Source of the DNA: Calditrichaceae bacterium | Lineage (GTDB): Bacteria; Calditrichota; Calditrichia; Calditrichales; JBFXGD01 | Reading direction: 5' to 3' | DNA: 36,565 bases | NCBI GenBank assembly: GCA_050178385.1 | Contig: JBFXGD010000019.1 | Span: 1-36,565, forward strand | Part shown: piece by piece, positions 28,068 through 36,565 of the stretch | Layout: each line of letters begins with the position of its first letter | Position numbering within the stretch: position 1 is the first letter of the stretch | Made by a program: the position numbers and the translations under genes | Notes under the pieces: model-generated | Seen by the model: only the letters and a program-made list of their open reading frames with translations | Told to the model about the DNA's origin: nothing | Databases searched by the model: none

Positions 28068-28919
28068 TTAATAGAGCCCCAGATCATCGTTATCGAGATT
28101 CGGTTTGATGAGTTCGTCAATCGCTTTGACCTGCTTCAATAAGTCTTCAAGCCTTTGCAAAGGAAGCATACTCGCGGCATCACACAGCGCATTGCTGCAA
28201 TCCGGATGTGATTCTATAAAAATAGCATCCACACCGGCCGCGACTCCCGCCCGGGAAAGGCCGAATATGAATTCCTTGGCGCCGCCGCGCGGATCGCTGC
28301 TGCTGACTCCATATTTGCGGATTGCGTGTGTCGGATCAAGAACAACAGGATAACCAAGGCTTCGCATAATTTTCAGATTTCTCATATCCATGATCAGGTT
28401 ATGATATCCAAAAAAAGTACCCCTGTCTGTTAATAGAATTTGGTTGTTCCCCTCACCCGAGATTTTATTGATGGCTGTCTGCATGTCACTTGCGGCAAGG
28501 AATTGTCCCTTTTTAACGTTGATTACCTTTCCTGTACGCGCGACTTCAAGCAGTAAACTTGTCTGCATGGAAAGAAAAGCCGGAATCTGAATAACATCGA
28601 GGACCTCGGCGCATGCGGAAGCATCATGAAGGTCATGAATGTCGGAAAGAACAGGTACACCGAACGTATCTTTCACTTTTTGTAGAATTTTCAATCCTTC
28701 TTCAGTCCCGGGTCCCTGAAATGTATCAGCGGATGACCTGTTATCCTTTAAAAAGGACGACTTGAAAATCAACGGCATTCCAATCCTGTCTGCAATGGTT
28801 TTTATTTGTTCAGCGGTCTCCATGACAATTTTTTCCGATTCGATGACGCACGGACCGGCAATAAGCGCCAGAGGCTGTCCTTTCCCGATTTTAATGTTCC
28901 CAACCTGTACAATCTGCAT
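28068..28919 (-). CDS. kdsA: KDO 8-phosphate synthase family, metal-dependent type, with divergent motifs
   Basis: IAGPCVIES, FKSSF, QIPAFL, NVKKGQFL, RGTFFGY, D.TH, IESHPD; GGAGG SD before ATG 28919; heads the kdsC/kdsD/lpt operon. Confidence 0.9.
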   Translation of the reverse strand: MQIVQVGNIKIGKGQPLALIAGPCVIESEKIVMETAEQIKTIADRIGMPLIFKSSFLKDNRSSADTFQGPGTEEGLKILQKVKDTFGVPVLSDIHDLHDASACAEVLDVIQIPAFLSMQTSLLLEVARTGKVINVKKGQFLAASDMQTAINKISGEGNNQILLTDRGTFFGYHNLIMDMRNLKIMRSLGYPVVLDPTHAIRKYGVSSSDPRGGAKEFIFGLSRAGVAAGVDAIFIESHPDCSNALCDAASMLPLQRLEDLLKQVKAIDELIKPNLDNDDLGLY

Positions 28920-29211
28920 TTTTCCTCCCAACACATTTTTTATTAAAATTATTGACTAATCAGCTATTGTTTTTTTTATTTTTTTGAAAAAACAAATATA
29001 ATTCTTTTAGGCAAATTATCCAAAAAACAAGCATCATCCATGCTCGTCGAAAAAGACATTAAAACAGAGTATCCGGTAAAACTTTAAAATAAACCCGGGA
29101 TGCTTACAGACACCGGTTTTTATCCTGATAAACTCCATATGGTTCCTTATCAGCCCTTAACTTAAGTGAAAAATCAACCGCTAGCGGCCATATTTTTTTA
29201 TGAGATTATCT

Positions 29212-29240
29212 TTGCTTTTTGTTGGTTTATTTCTGATATT
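29212..29240 (+). promoter_or_regulatory. Putative promoter for rsmE-HIT, possibly near-leaderless
   Basis: TTGCTT-17-GATATT, followed by only 9 nt before ATG 29250; no SD. Confidence 0.4.
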
Positions 29241-29249
29241 TGCCCTACA

Positions 29250-29990
29250 ATGGAAATCTTCTTTGCAAATCCGGGTGATATAAAAGACACTCATATCACT
29301 CTTGACGATTTTGAAAAAAAGCACATTCTTCAATCCCTTAAGAAGAATTCGGGTGATACAATTCTGATCACTGACGGAAAAGGAAGTCTGTTTCAGACAG
29401 TGATCGAGAGCAAAAAACCGAATCTGGTATTGAAGATTGAGAAGTGCGAATATCATGCCCCTCCTGAACATCAGATTGGGCTCGGGATTGGTTTTATCCG
29501 ACCGAACCGGCTCGAATTCGCGCTTGAAAAAGGTACGGAACTTGGTGTATCAAAATTTCATATTTTCCGGAGTCAGTTTTCAAATTATTATTCCGATAAT
29601 ACAGACCGCTATGAAAAAATTTTGCGACAGGCAATCAAGCAGAGTCTGCAATACTACTTACCCGAAATCATTGTTCATCATTCACTGGATGAGTTCATTC
29701 ATGCAACCGGCAATTATTCCCATAAGATTGCCGCGGTTTCTTCAGAATTTCCGGCCCTTCTGCAATTTCTGGACCGGCATCAATGTAATGAAGAAAACCG
29801 TAGTATCCTGATTTCGATCGGCCCTGAAGGTGGCTTTTCCGATCGTGAGATTCAGCTTTTGACTGAGAATGTTTTTTTGCCGATCTCGCTGGGGAGAAAC
29901 AGATTGAGAGCCGAAACAGCCGCAGTAACCGCGATATCAGCAATTCAATTATATATCCAACAGCAAAAGGAGGTTAACATTGGCATTTGA
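29250..29990 (+). CDS. rsmE: 16S rRNA m3U1498 methyltransferase
   Basis: EKGTELGV, AIKQS, IGPEGGFS, LGRNRLRAETA. Start moved to ATG 29250. Confidence 0.93.
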   Translation: MEIFFANPGDIKDTHITLDDFEKKHILQSLKKNSGDTILITDGKGSLFQTVIESKKPNLVLKIEKCEYHAPPEHQIGLGIGFIRPNRLEFALEKGTELGVSKFHIFRSQFSNYYSDNTDRYEKILRQAIKQSLQYYLPEIIVHHSLDEFIHATGNYSHKIAAVSSEFPALLQFLDRHQCNEENRSILISIGPEGGFSDREIQLLTENVFLPISLGRNRLRAETAAVTAISAIQLYIQQQKEVNIGI

Positions 29991-30330
29991 TGATTGTGTC
30001 TTCTGTAAGATTCTTGCAAAGAAAATGCCTTGCGATATGGAATACGAAGATGATGAACTTGCTGTTTTTTGGGATATCAATCCTCAGGCACCCGTGCATT
30101 TACTAATTGTTCCCAAAGACCATATTGTTCATCTGACAGATTTTACTGAAAAGAACATGCATCTTCTCGGCAAAATGATGGAAATCGCCAAAGATTTAGC
30201 ACAGAAAATGAATCTTCTTGAGAAAGGTTACCGAATTGTGCTTAATGAAGGCAAAGACGCCGGGCAAAGTATTTATCACATTCATCTTCATATCCTGAGT
30301 GGACGAAGGTTGATGTGGCCTCCGGGTTAA
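29980..30330 (+). CDS. hinT: Histidine triad (HIT/Hint) nucleotide-binding protein
   Basis: DCVFCKI, DINPQAPVH, GQSIYHIHLHILSGR..WPPG; AGGAGG SD before TTG. Confidence 0.94.
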   Translation: MAFDDCVFCKILAKKMPCDMEYEDDELAVFWDINPQAPVHLLIVPKDHIVHLTDFTEKNMHLLGKMMEIAKDLAQKMNLLEKGYRIVLNEGKDAGQSIYHIHLHILSGRRLMWPPG

Positions 30331-30336
30331 TAATAC

Positions 30337-30374
30337 AAGAGGCTGCCCTTTTTGGGACAGCCTCTTCTTTCTTT
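30337..30374 (+). terminator. Intrinsic terminator between convergent HIT and pyrI (possibly bidirectional)
   Basis: AAGAGGCTG-CCC-ttttt-GGG-a-CAGCCTCTT hairpin followed by CTTTCTTT. Confidence 0.75.
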
Positions 30375-30411
30375 ACGATCATATTTGATGATTATCTGAA
30401 TAAAAATCGAA

Positions 30412-30861
30412 CTATTTCTCCATTTTCATATCATCAATATCAAAAACGCGTTCACAATATTTACATCTCAGTTTGACCGGATTTTTGGATACGACATCAA
30501 AAATAGTGGAAATGTCTTCATGATTCGTCACGCAATTCGGGTTTGGACAAATCACGAGACTTTGTATGGTTTCCGGAATCTCAACCATTAATTTTTTGAC
30601 AACTTCGAAATCCCTTATGATGCTGATTCTCGCTGTGGGAGCCACAAGAGCAATGCTGTTCACTTCATCTGATGTTAATTCCCGCCCTTCAATTTTTACG
30701 ATATCCTTTTTACCAAATTTCTTGCTGGCGAAGTTCATTCCGACCGTAACCACATCCGTATCATTCGGCTTGATGATATTGATCACGCTCAGAGCGCGAT
30801 TTGCAGGAATGTGATCTATAACCGTTCCACTGACGATCGGGTCAACTTTAAGCGTTCTCAT
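30412..30861 (-). CDS. pyrI: Aspartate carbamoyltransferase regulatory chain
   Basis: GTVIDHI, KDIVKIE, CPNPNC...CKYCE zinc ligands. Confidence 0.96.
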   Translation of the reverse strand: MRTLKVDPIVSGTVIDHIPANRALSVINIIKPNDTDVVTVGMNFASKKFGKKDIVKIEGRELTSDEVNSIALVAPTARISIIRDFEVVKKLMVEIPETIQSLVICPNPNCVTNHEDISTIFDVVSKNPVKLRCKYCERVFDIDDMKMEK

Positions 30862-31763
30862 GCTTCACCTCCTAATAATTTGGTTAAGATCGCCTGGCGC
30901 ATAAAAACGCCGTTTTTAGCCTGCTGAAAGTAATAGGCATACGGTGTTTCATCAACATCCACGCTTATTTCATTTACCCTGGGCAGCGGATGCAAAATTT
31001 TTAAATTCTTTTTAACATTTGTGAGCATGGCAGATTTTAGAATATATGTGTTTTTTACCTTCTCATATTCTTCAGGATCAGCAAATCGTTCACGCTGGAT
31101 GCGGGTCACATATAAAATATCCAGGGGATTTATGACATCTTCGATCGTCTGTCCCTCATGATAAACAATTTTTTTATCACTCAAGTCTTTTTTTATGTAT
31201 CCCGGCATTGCCAGGGTCGGTGGTGAAATAAAGTAAAATTCAGGCTTGAAGTCGGACAGCGCATAAACAAGCGAATGTACTGTTCTTCCGTATTTAAGGT
31301 CTCCGAGAAGAGCGATTTTCAGATTATCCAGCTTTTTCTGGGTCTTTTTAATCGAATACATATCCAGAAGGGACTGGGTCGGATGCTGATTGGCGCCGTC
31401 TCCGGCATTTACTACCGGTATGGTTACATGCTCCGTGATATATCTTGCAGAGCCTTCAATAAAGTGCCGCATTACAATTATATCCGCGTACTGATTGATG
31501 ATTTTTACTGTGTCCGCAAGCGACTCCCCTTTCTCGACCGATGTACCTTTTGTCCCGATCATGGAAATCACTTCGCCCTTTAACCGCTTCATAGCTGTGT
31601 CAAAAGAAAGCTGTGTTCGTGTGGATGATTCATAGAATAACGATGCCATTACTTTCCCCGATAAATCCGGTTTTACTCCACCGGATTCGATCTGTCCGGC
31701 GAGTTCAATCAAATCCAGTATTTCAGATTTGCTCAAATCTCTCATCGAGATCAAATTTTTCAT
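30858..31763 (-). CDS. pyrB: Aspartate carbamoyltransferase catalytic chain
   Basis: FYESSTRT, KGESLADT, NAGDGANQHPTQ, GDLKYGRTVHS, RIQRER, HPLPR. Confidence 0.97.
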   Translation of the reverse strand: MKNLISMRDLSKSEILDLIELAGQIESGGVKPDLSGKVMASLFYESSTRTQLSFDTAMKRLKGEVISMIGTKGTSVEKGESLADTVKIINQYADIIVMRHFIEGSARYITEHVTIPVVNAGDGANQHPTQSLLDMYSIKKTQKKLDNLKIALLGDLKYGRTVHSLVYALSDFKPEFYFISPPTLAMPGYIKKDLSDKKIVYHEGQTIEDVINPLDILYVTRIQRERFADPEEYEKVKNTYILKSAMLTNVKKNLKILHPLPRVNEISVDVDETPYAYYFQQAKNGVFMRQAILTKLLGGEA

Positions 31764-31856
31764 ATCGTCTCCTGGTTACTTTATATGTTCTGTATTGCGT
31801 TATCTGAATTCAGGGACTAAACCAAACCTTAAATCCGCTTAAATTATTATGCTGAA

Positions 31857-33257
31857 TTAAATCTGACCGGATTCTTCCAATGCTTTCCAGCCTTCTTCCC
31901 GGTACATTTTCGCTGTTTCAGAGGGGTTCTCCGATGCATAAATACCCCGACCGACAATGATGCAATCCGCGCCGCCCTTTACGGCCTGTTCGACCGTGAT
32001 ATACTGCTGACCTAATTGATCGCCTTCGGCAGAAATATTGATCCCGGGCATAAGCAACAGCATTTCCCCGGGAATTTTATTTTTGAGTTTGATCAGATCT
32101 TCCTGTGTTTTACCAAACCCGATAAATCCGGACACATGGTCTTTTTTCTCAGAACCGATTTCAATGACTCTTCGTGTATAGTTATCTGTTATAAGATTAT
32201 CTTTTGCGGACATCGCCGCCAGCAAAAAGCAACTGCGGTCCGGTCCGATACCGTCAAATAATCCATCAACAATCGCTGGTCCGGTTATGCCGTGGACGGT
32301 TACAAAATGCGCCCAGTCCGCGATCTTATAGATCCCCTCCCGGTACTGTTTACGGACCGTACTGCCGATGTCGGCGAACTTGCGGTCTTCAAAAACAAGG
32401 AACTGGTATTCATCAGCCATTTTTAACAATCTGTCTACAAAGCCCGGGGAAAAATCGGTGAGTATATCCACATGGGTTTTCAGCATGACAATTTCGGATG
32501 CTGTTTTTTCCAATATTTTGAAGAACAGGTCAGAGTTATCCACATCAAGGCTGAGTACAAGATTGGATTTTTTCCTGAGCATGAGATCAATTAATCTTTT
32601 TGTAAGCGAATTTGATGTCAGCTCGCTTCTTGCTTTAAGATTCAGGGTTTCAGGTCTGTCCCCGCTTTCGAGAAACCTTATCACCGTTTGATGCTGATCC
32701 TGTGTGATTAACCCCTCATGGGCAAGTACTTCCGCAACTTCCCTGATATTGAGAATCGATGTTACCTGGTAACCTTTTTTCTGCAGCGATGCTCCGTTAT
32801 CAAAACTCCGGTCAATTACAACAATAAAGTCTCTTACTGAAATCCCCGCTTCCTGAAACGCCTGCGCGGTTTCTATTTTACTCTCACCGGTAGTCATTAC
32901 ATCATCAATCACAAGACACACATCACCCTTTTGATATACACCTTCAATCAACTTACCGGTACCATACGCTTTTGCCTCTTTTCGCTGGTAGATTAAGGGT
33001 TTGTTTAGTTTAGAAGAAAGAATTGATGCAACGGGTAAGGCGGTATAGGGAATCCCCGTTATCATATCGAATGATTTATCGCCTACTGCCTTTTCAAGTA
33101 AATTCCCTATAAGATTCATCATCTCCGGATGAGAGATTATTCCGCGGAGATCAATATAAAATGGCGATTCAAAACCTGATTTTAGTTTAAAATTTCCAAA
33201 TTTAACAGCGCCTGAATTATACAGGAACAGGATGAGTTTACGTTTATCTGAATTCAA
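31857..33257 (-). CDS. pyrEF: Bifunctional orotate phosphoribosyltransferase / OMP decarboxylase (UMP synthase-like)
   Basis: N-half FKLKSG.ESPFYIDLR, RKEAKAYG, VIDDVMTTG; C-half KTHVD, FEDRKFADIG, GDQLGQQY, IIVGRGI. Probable start TTG 33257, behind AAAGGA and overlapping the pyrC end. Confidence 0.95.
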   Translation of the reverse strand: MNSDKRKLILFLYNSGAVKFGNFKLKSGFESPFYIDLRGIISHPEMMNLIGNLLEKAVGDKSFDMITGIPYTALPVASILSSKLNKPLIYQRKEAKAYGTGKLIEGVYQKGDVCLVIDDVMTTGESKIETAQAFQEAGISVRDFIVVIDRSFDNGASLQKKGYQVTSILNIREVAEVLAHEGLITQDQHQTVIRFLESGDRPETLNLKARSELTSNSLTKRLIDLMLRKKSNLVLSLDVDNSDLFFKILEKTASEIVMLKTHVDILTDFSPGFVDRLLKMADEYQFLVFEDRKFADIGSTVRKQYREGIYKIADWAHFVTVHGITGPAIVDGLFDGIGPDRSCFLLAAMSAKDNLITDNYTRRVIEIGSEKKDHVSGFIGFGKTQEDLIKLKNKIPGEMLLLMPGINISAEGDQLGQQYITVEQAVKGGADCIIVGRGIYASENPSETAKMYREEGWKALEESGQI

Positions 33258-34539
33258 CTTCTTTTCCTTTATCTTTTGAAAATTGGTTATTTCTAAAAAC
33301 AATGTTTCCGTTTACAATGGTCATATATACTTTTCCATGTACTTCATATCCCTGATAGGGCGTATAACGCGCTTTGGTATGAAATTTACCGGCATCGATA
33401 AAACCCGAAATGCGCGGATCGAGGACAGCAAAATCAGCATATGCGCCGACCCGAATCTCACCACGATCCTTGATGTTAAAAATCAAAGCCGGATTATGTG
33501 ATGTCAATTCGATCAGTTTTATCAATGGTAAGCGTCCTTCGGCAACCTCGGTATAAAGAAGCGGCAAAGTTGTTTCAAGTCCGGGAAAACCGGAAGGCGC
33601 AGCGGCGTATATTTGTTGTTTCTCCGCTATGGTATGGGGAGCGTGATCCGACCCGAAAGTATCAACCGTTCCGTCCAGAAGCCCTTCATAAAGGGCATCG
33701 TTGTCATCGACTGTTCTCAACGGCGGATTTACTTTTCCAAAATTTCCCGCGGTTTCCAGGACTGATTCGTTGATCAGAAGATGGTGAGGCGTGATTTCAC
33801 AATACACATTTTTAAGACCGTTCTTTTTTGCCTCTCGTATCAACATGATCTCTTCTCTGGTCGAAACATGCGCAAGATACAGCACCGCGTTTGTCTCTCC
33901 GGCAACATCCAGCAGAATTTCTGTTGATTTTGCGGCGCATTCCCTGTTTCTGATTTTATTATGATTCCCGATAACCGGCTGATATTTCTTGCCGGATTCT
34001 TCCACGCATGACTGAAGCTCACTGTGTACAATCACGGGTTTATTGATCTGCTGAGCCAGCCGGAAAACCTGTTTAATCATCTTTTTAGTGTCTATCACAT
34101 AGCCGGAGCTGGATTCCGCCATAAACATTTTCAGAGCGGGTATGTTCCGCGCTTTTTCGATCTCTCTCAGATTTTTCTCAGTTACACCAAAATTAAATCC
34201 GTAGTTCACAATTGATTTTTCAGCGGCCTTCCGTTTAATTTCCAGGCTCTCAACATCGAAAGTGGCCGGACGTGTGTTCGGCATATCAAAAATTGTGGTG
34301 ACGCCTCCCGCCGCGGCGGCTTGGGAACCGGTCATCCAATCTTCTTTTGCGGATAACTCCATATCTCGTATATGTGTATGAGGATCGATCAGACCGGGTA
34401 AGATCAGTTTCATCTTTAAATCGATAAACTGATCGTGTGGAGGTGTTTCATCACCGATATATGCGATTCGCTCATTATCGATCAAAATATTGCATTGCGT
34501 TTTACCTTCCAATTGACCATTCGCCAAAAGAATTTTCAT
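33244..34539 (-). CDS. pyrC: Dihydroorotase (long, class I type)
   Basis: IDPHTHIRD, AAAGGVTTIFDMPNT.P, CEITPHHL, KVNPPLR, GSDHAPH; pyr operon context. Confidence 0.93.
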   Translation of the reverse strand: MKILLANGQLEGKTQCNILIDNERIAYIGDETPPHDQFIDLKMKLILPGLIDPHTHIRDMELSAKEDWMTGSQAAAAGGVTTIFDMPNTRPATFDVESLEIKRKAAEKSIVNYGFNFGVTEKNLREIEKARNIPALKMFMAESSSGYVIDTKKMIKQVFRLAQQINKPVIVHSELQSCVEESGKKYQPVIGNHNKIRNRECAAKSTEILLDVAGETNAVLYLAHVSTREEIMLIREAKKNGLKNVYCEITPHHLLINESVLETAGNFGKVNPPLRTVDDNDALYEGLLDGTVDTFGSDHAPHTIAEKQQIYAAAPSGFPGLETTLPLLYTEVAEGRLPLIKLIELTSHNPALIFNIKDRGEIRVGAYADFAVLDPRISGFIDAGKFHTKARYTPYQGYEVHGKVYMTIVNGNIVFRNNQFSKDKGKEVEFR

Positions 34540-34706
34540 ATAGAAATGTCTTCCTTTATTAAATCATCACAAAGTTTAGCAGTCAGATGAATGGTATTAT
34601 CAGAAAAGTAATTTTGAAGAAATGCCGACAGAAGAAAATTTGAACGCAAATTTTCTGAGAAATTCGATCCGCGGAGTATGTTTATATAAAAATTATCGTT
34701 GATCAT
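34536..34706 (-). CDS. Putative 56-aa leader/upstream ORF of the pyr operon
   Basis: Hand translation: MINDNFYINILRGSNFSENLRSNFLLSAFLQNYFSDNTIHLTAKLCDDLIKEDISI*. Its TGA overlaps the pyrC ATG (ATGA). Confidence 0.4.
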   Translation of the reverse strand: MINDNFYINILRGSNFSENLRSNFLLSAFLQNYFSDNTIHLTAKLCDDLIKEDISI

Positions 34707-34716
34707 ACCGCGCAAG

Positions 34717-34745
34717 AAAATGCGAAAAAATTAGGCAAAAAGCAA
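34717..34745 (-). promoter_or_regulatory. Putative pyr operon promoter
   Basis: TTGCTT-17-CATTTT, the same -35 hexamer as before rsmE. Confidence 0.4.
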
Positions 34746-35010
34746 GAGAATTAAATCATGGTTTCTCTTTTTTCGTGTTTCGGGGCCGGATTAAACTTTG
34801 CCGTAATCATTTTTACTCAAACAGACTGAATTTACCAATTATTTAACATCATTTTTAATAAATATTACCCGGTTTGATTCAGTTATTACCTCACATTAAT
34901 GTTGGAGGCCATTTAGTTAAACAACAATCCTGGCGTTTGAGATTAGTATTTTAATATGGGGCAGGATAAATATTAATTATAGATAATTGAATCAAATTAC
35001 GGGAATTATC

Positions 35011-35214
35011 ATGTCCGGTCATACACATAAAAGCCATTCTAAATTAACCGCGCGACTTATCATCACCATGCTGCTTAACTTTTTGATTACGGCCATCGAA
35101 GTCATTCTTATGGCCAAGCCACCCGAGCTTTCGATTGATGAAATCGGAAGAGAGATAAAATCGTTAGAAAATATCAGGAATATCCATCATGTGCATCTTT
35201 GGCGGATTCTGTAA
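35011..35214 (+). pseudogene. Internally deleted CzcD/ZitB-type cation diffusion facilitator remnant
   Basis: MSGHTH...RLIITMLLNFLITAIEV (His-rich N-terminus + TM1) joined directly to ILM..PPELSIDEI...IHHVHLW (start of the C-terminal domain), then a stop. Confidence 0.75.
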
Positions 35215-35266
35215 GTCATTTGAATATCCACAAATTTCAAATGAGTTTGGATAAAAATCTTACAAT

Positions 35267-36556
35267 CTAAATTAGCTGTCCGCTCAAACGCAGCAATTCA
35301 ATCTCATTCAATTTTGCATCGAATCTGGCGGTAATAATATCGTTTCTGGCCCTGATTAAATTTAGTTGAGCCTCCCTGAACTGCGTGGTTGTTACCTGTC
35401 CAAGATTATATAATTCCTTTGTCCGTTCGAAATTCAGTTCCGCAGAAGAGAGATTTCTCCGTTGTATATCAAGTATATAGAGACTGTTTTTGTATGTCTG
35501 CCAGGTATTTGTTAGCTCCGTGTTCAATATTTTCAGATTTTCATCCATTAGTAATTGCTGGCTTTTAACTTCTATCCCGGCGTTCTGCATGCGGATATTG
35601 TTCTGAAACCCATTAAATAAGTTAATACTCACAGACAATCCCACCTGAAAATTCCTATCCGGCGCGTCCAGATTTATATTTAACTCATCATTCAAATCGT
35701 TATAACCATAAGATGACTGTAAATTTAACTGAGGCATATAAGCCGATACCGCAATTTTCTGATCAAATGTGGATTGCTTCAGTTGAGCTGATTGTATCAG
35801 AAACGACGCATTGAATTTCTGCCCATTTTCAAGCAGCTCTTCAATATTGTATTCCCTGTTGAATGAAACATTGGAGTTGACCGTAAATCTTTCATCCAGT
35901 GGACGATTTAGCAGCAGATTCAGATTTCTCTCAGCCCGGTCAAGAGTCAATTGTGTATTTACAAATGAAACACTGTCTGCATTCAGATCGACCTGAGCGC
36001 TCAACACATCGATTGAATTTGCCTGGCCATAAAAAGATCTGTTTTTAGCTCTCTCCAATCTTTCATTTGATATTGCCAATGCCTCCTTAGCAATTTTCAT
36101 ACTCTCCATCGCGCGGGCGACATCAAAATAAGCGCTGCTTACCTGAAAAATGGTATTTTCAATGGTTGCCCTTGCCTGCAGAGAAGACATTTCTCCGGAA
36201 TTTATTAATTTTTTGTAGCCGTACAAATCCGCAAATCCATTGAAAATATTATAACTTACCTGTATTGACGCTGCATTTGAAGTGACTGACTGATTCGCTG
36301 TTCCCGTGAGTGTCTCGATTTCGTTATCATTATAGTATGTCGATGCGACTATATCAATTTTTGGGAGCATTCCGGCATTTCCTAAGTGAATATTATTTCT
36401 GCTGACAGATTCATTATTCCGTGACACGAGAATGCCATGATTATTTTCCACCGCAATATTCACCGCATCCTGAATTGTCAACAATTCCTGTCCGTCAACC
36501 TGAGACATTGAGACTGTTATGAGCATGAATATGTGAACAAATATTTTACGATTCAT
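35267..36556 (-). CDS. TolC-family outer membrane efflux protein
   Basis: Signal peptide, LTIQDAVNIAVENN, two OEP repeats (YNIFNG...SAYFDV; NLFNGF...YNLGQVT), ends LLRLSG. Confidence 0.92.
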   Translation of the reverse strand: MNRKIFVHIFMLITVSMSQVDGQELLTIQDAVNIAVENNHGILVSRNNESVSRNNIHLGNAGMLPKIDIVASTYYNDNEIETLTGTANQSVTSNAASIQVSYNIFNGFADLYGYKKLINSGEMSSLQARATIENTIFQVSSAYFDVARAMESMKIAKEALAISNERLERAKNRSFYGQANSIDVLSAQVDLNADSVSFVNTQLTLDRAERNLNLLLNRPLDERFTVNSNVSFNREYNIEELLENGQKFNASFLIQSAQLKQSTFDQKIAVSAYMPQLNLQSSYGYNDLNDELNINLDAPDRNFQVGLSVSINLFNGFQNNIRMQNAGIEVKSQQLLMDENLKILNTELTNTWQTYKNSLYILDIQRRNLSSAELNFERTKELYNLGQVTTTQFREAQLNLIRARNDIITARFDAKLNEIELLRLSGQLI

Positions 36557-36565
36557 TTTAGAGTC

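Noticed and set aside
28935..29210. Long kdsA-rsmE intergenic region with a 15-codon ORF (MLVEKDIKTEYPVKL) and short inverted repeats
   Set aside because: No SD, no convincing RNA structure and no tRNA features; consistent with divergent promoters.
34744..35010. Weak hairpin AAGAGAA...TTCTCTT, palindrome ACATTAATGT and an orphan GGAGG upstream of the CDF remnant
   Set aside because: Short and expected by chance in AT-rich DNA; cannot be assigned as an operator or terminator.
618..35996. Many 60-140 aa ORFs antisense to or out of frame within the large genes
   Set aside because: All lie inside confidently identified CDS and show no recognisable motifs; treated as shadow ORFs.
1..36565. Mobile elements, CRISPR, rRNA/tRNA, classical defence island
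   Set aside because: No transposase, integrase or cas motifs, no spaced direct repeats and no RNA-gene signatures seen.

Overview
A gene-dense, AT-rich bacterial core-genome window. Gene order and protein styles (divIVA-pnp-ileS(type 2)-dksA-like, DUF3467, rpsU-yqeY-cvpA-mutS2-polA, kdsA-kdsC-kdsD-lptCAB) suggest a diderm FCB-group-related organism such as Calditrichota; this is inference only. It holds about 36 CDS covering translation, replication and repair, two-component signalling, Kdo/LPS transport, a pyrC-pyrEF-pyrB-pyrI operon, a decayed CDF transporter and a TolC. I saw no rRNA, tRNA, CRISPR array or mobile element. The most notable observations are: (1) a 146-aa single-chain HicB-like + HicA-like fusion whose toxin half appears catalytically dead and whose RBS is hairpin-occluded; (2) a perfect TGTGA-N6-TCACA box in class II CRP geometry ahead of a receiver + metallo-beta-lactamase-fold phosphodiesterase-like pair; (3) a KdsA with altered substrate-selection motifs (KDNRS, PAFLSM); (4) a CsgG-like protein plus two lipoproteins embedded in the kds-lpt operon; (5) a eukaryote-type OPRT-ODCase (UMPS-like) fusion and an unannotated 56-codon leader ORF coupled to pyrC; (6) a receiver-HisKA protein with no ATPase domain. 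All family calls are by motif recognition, without database searches.
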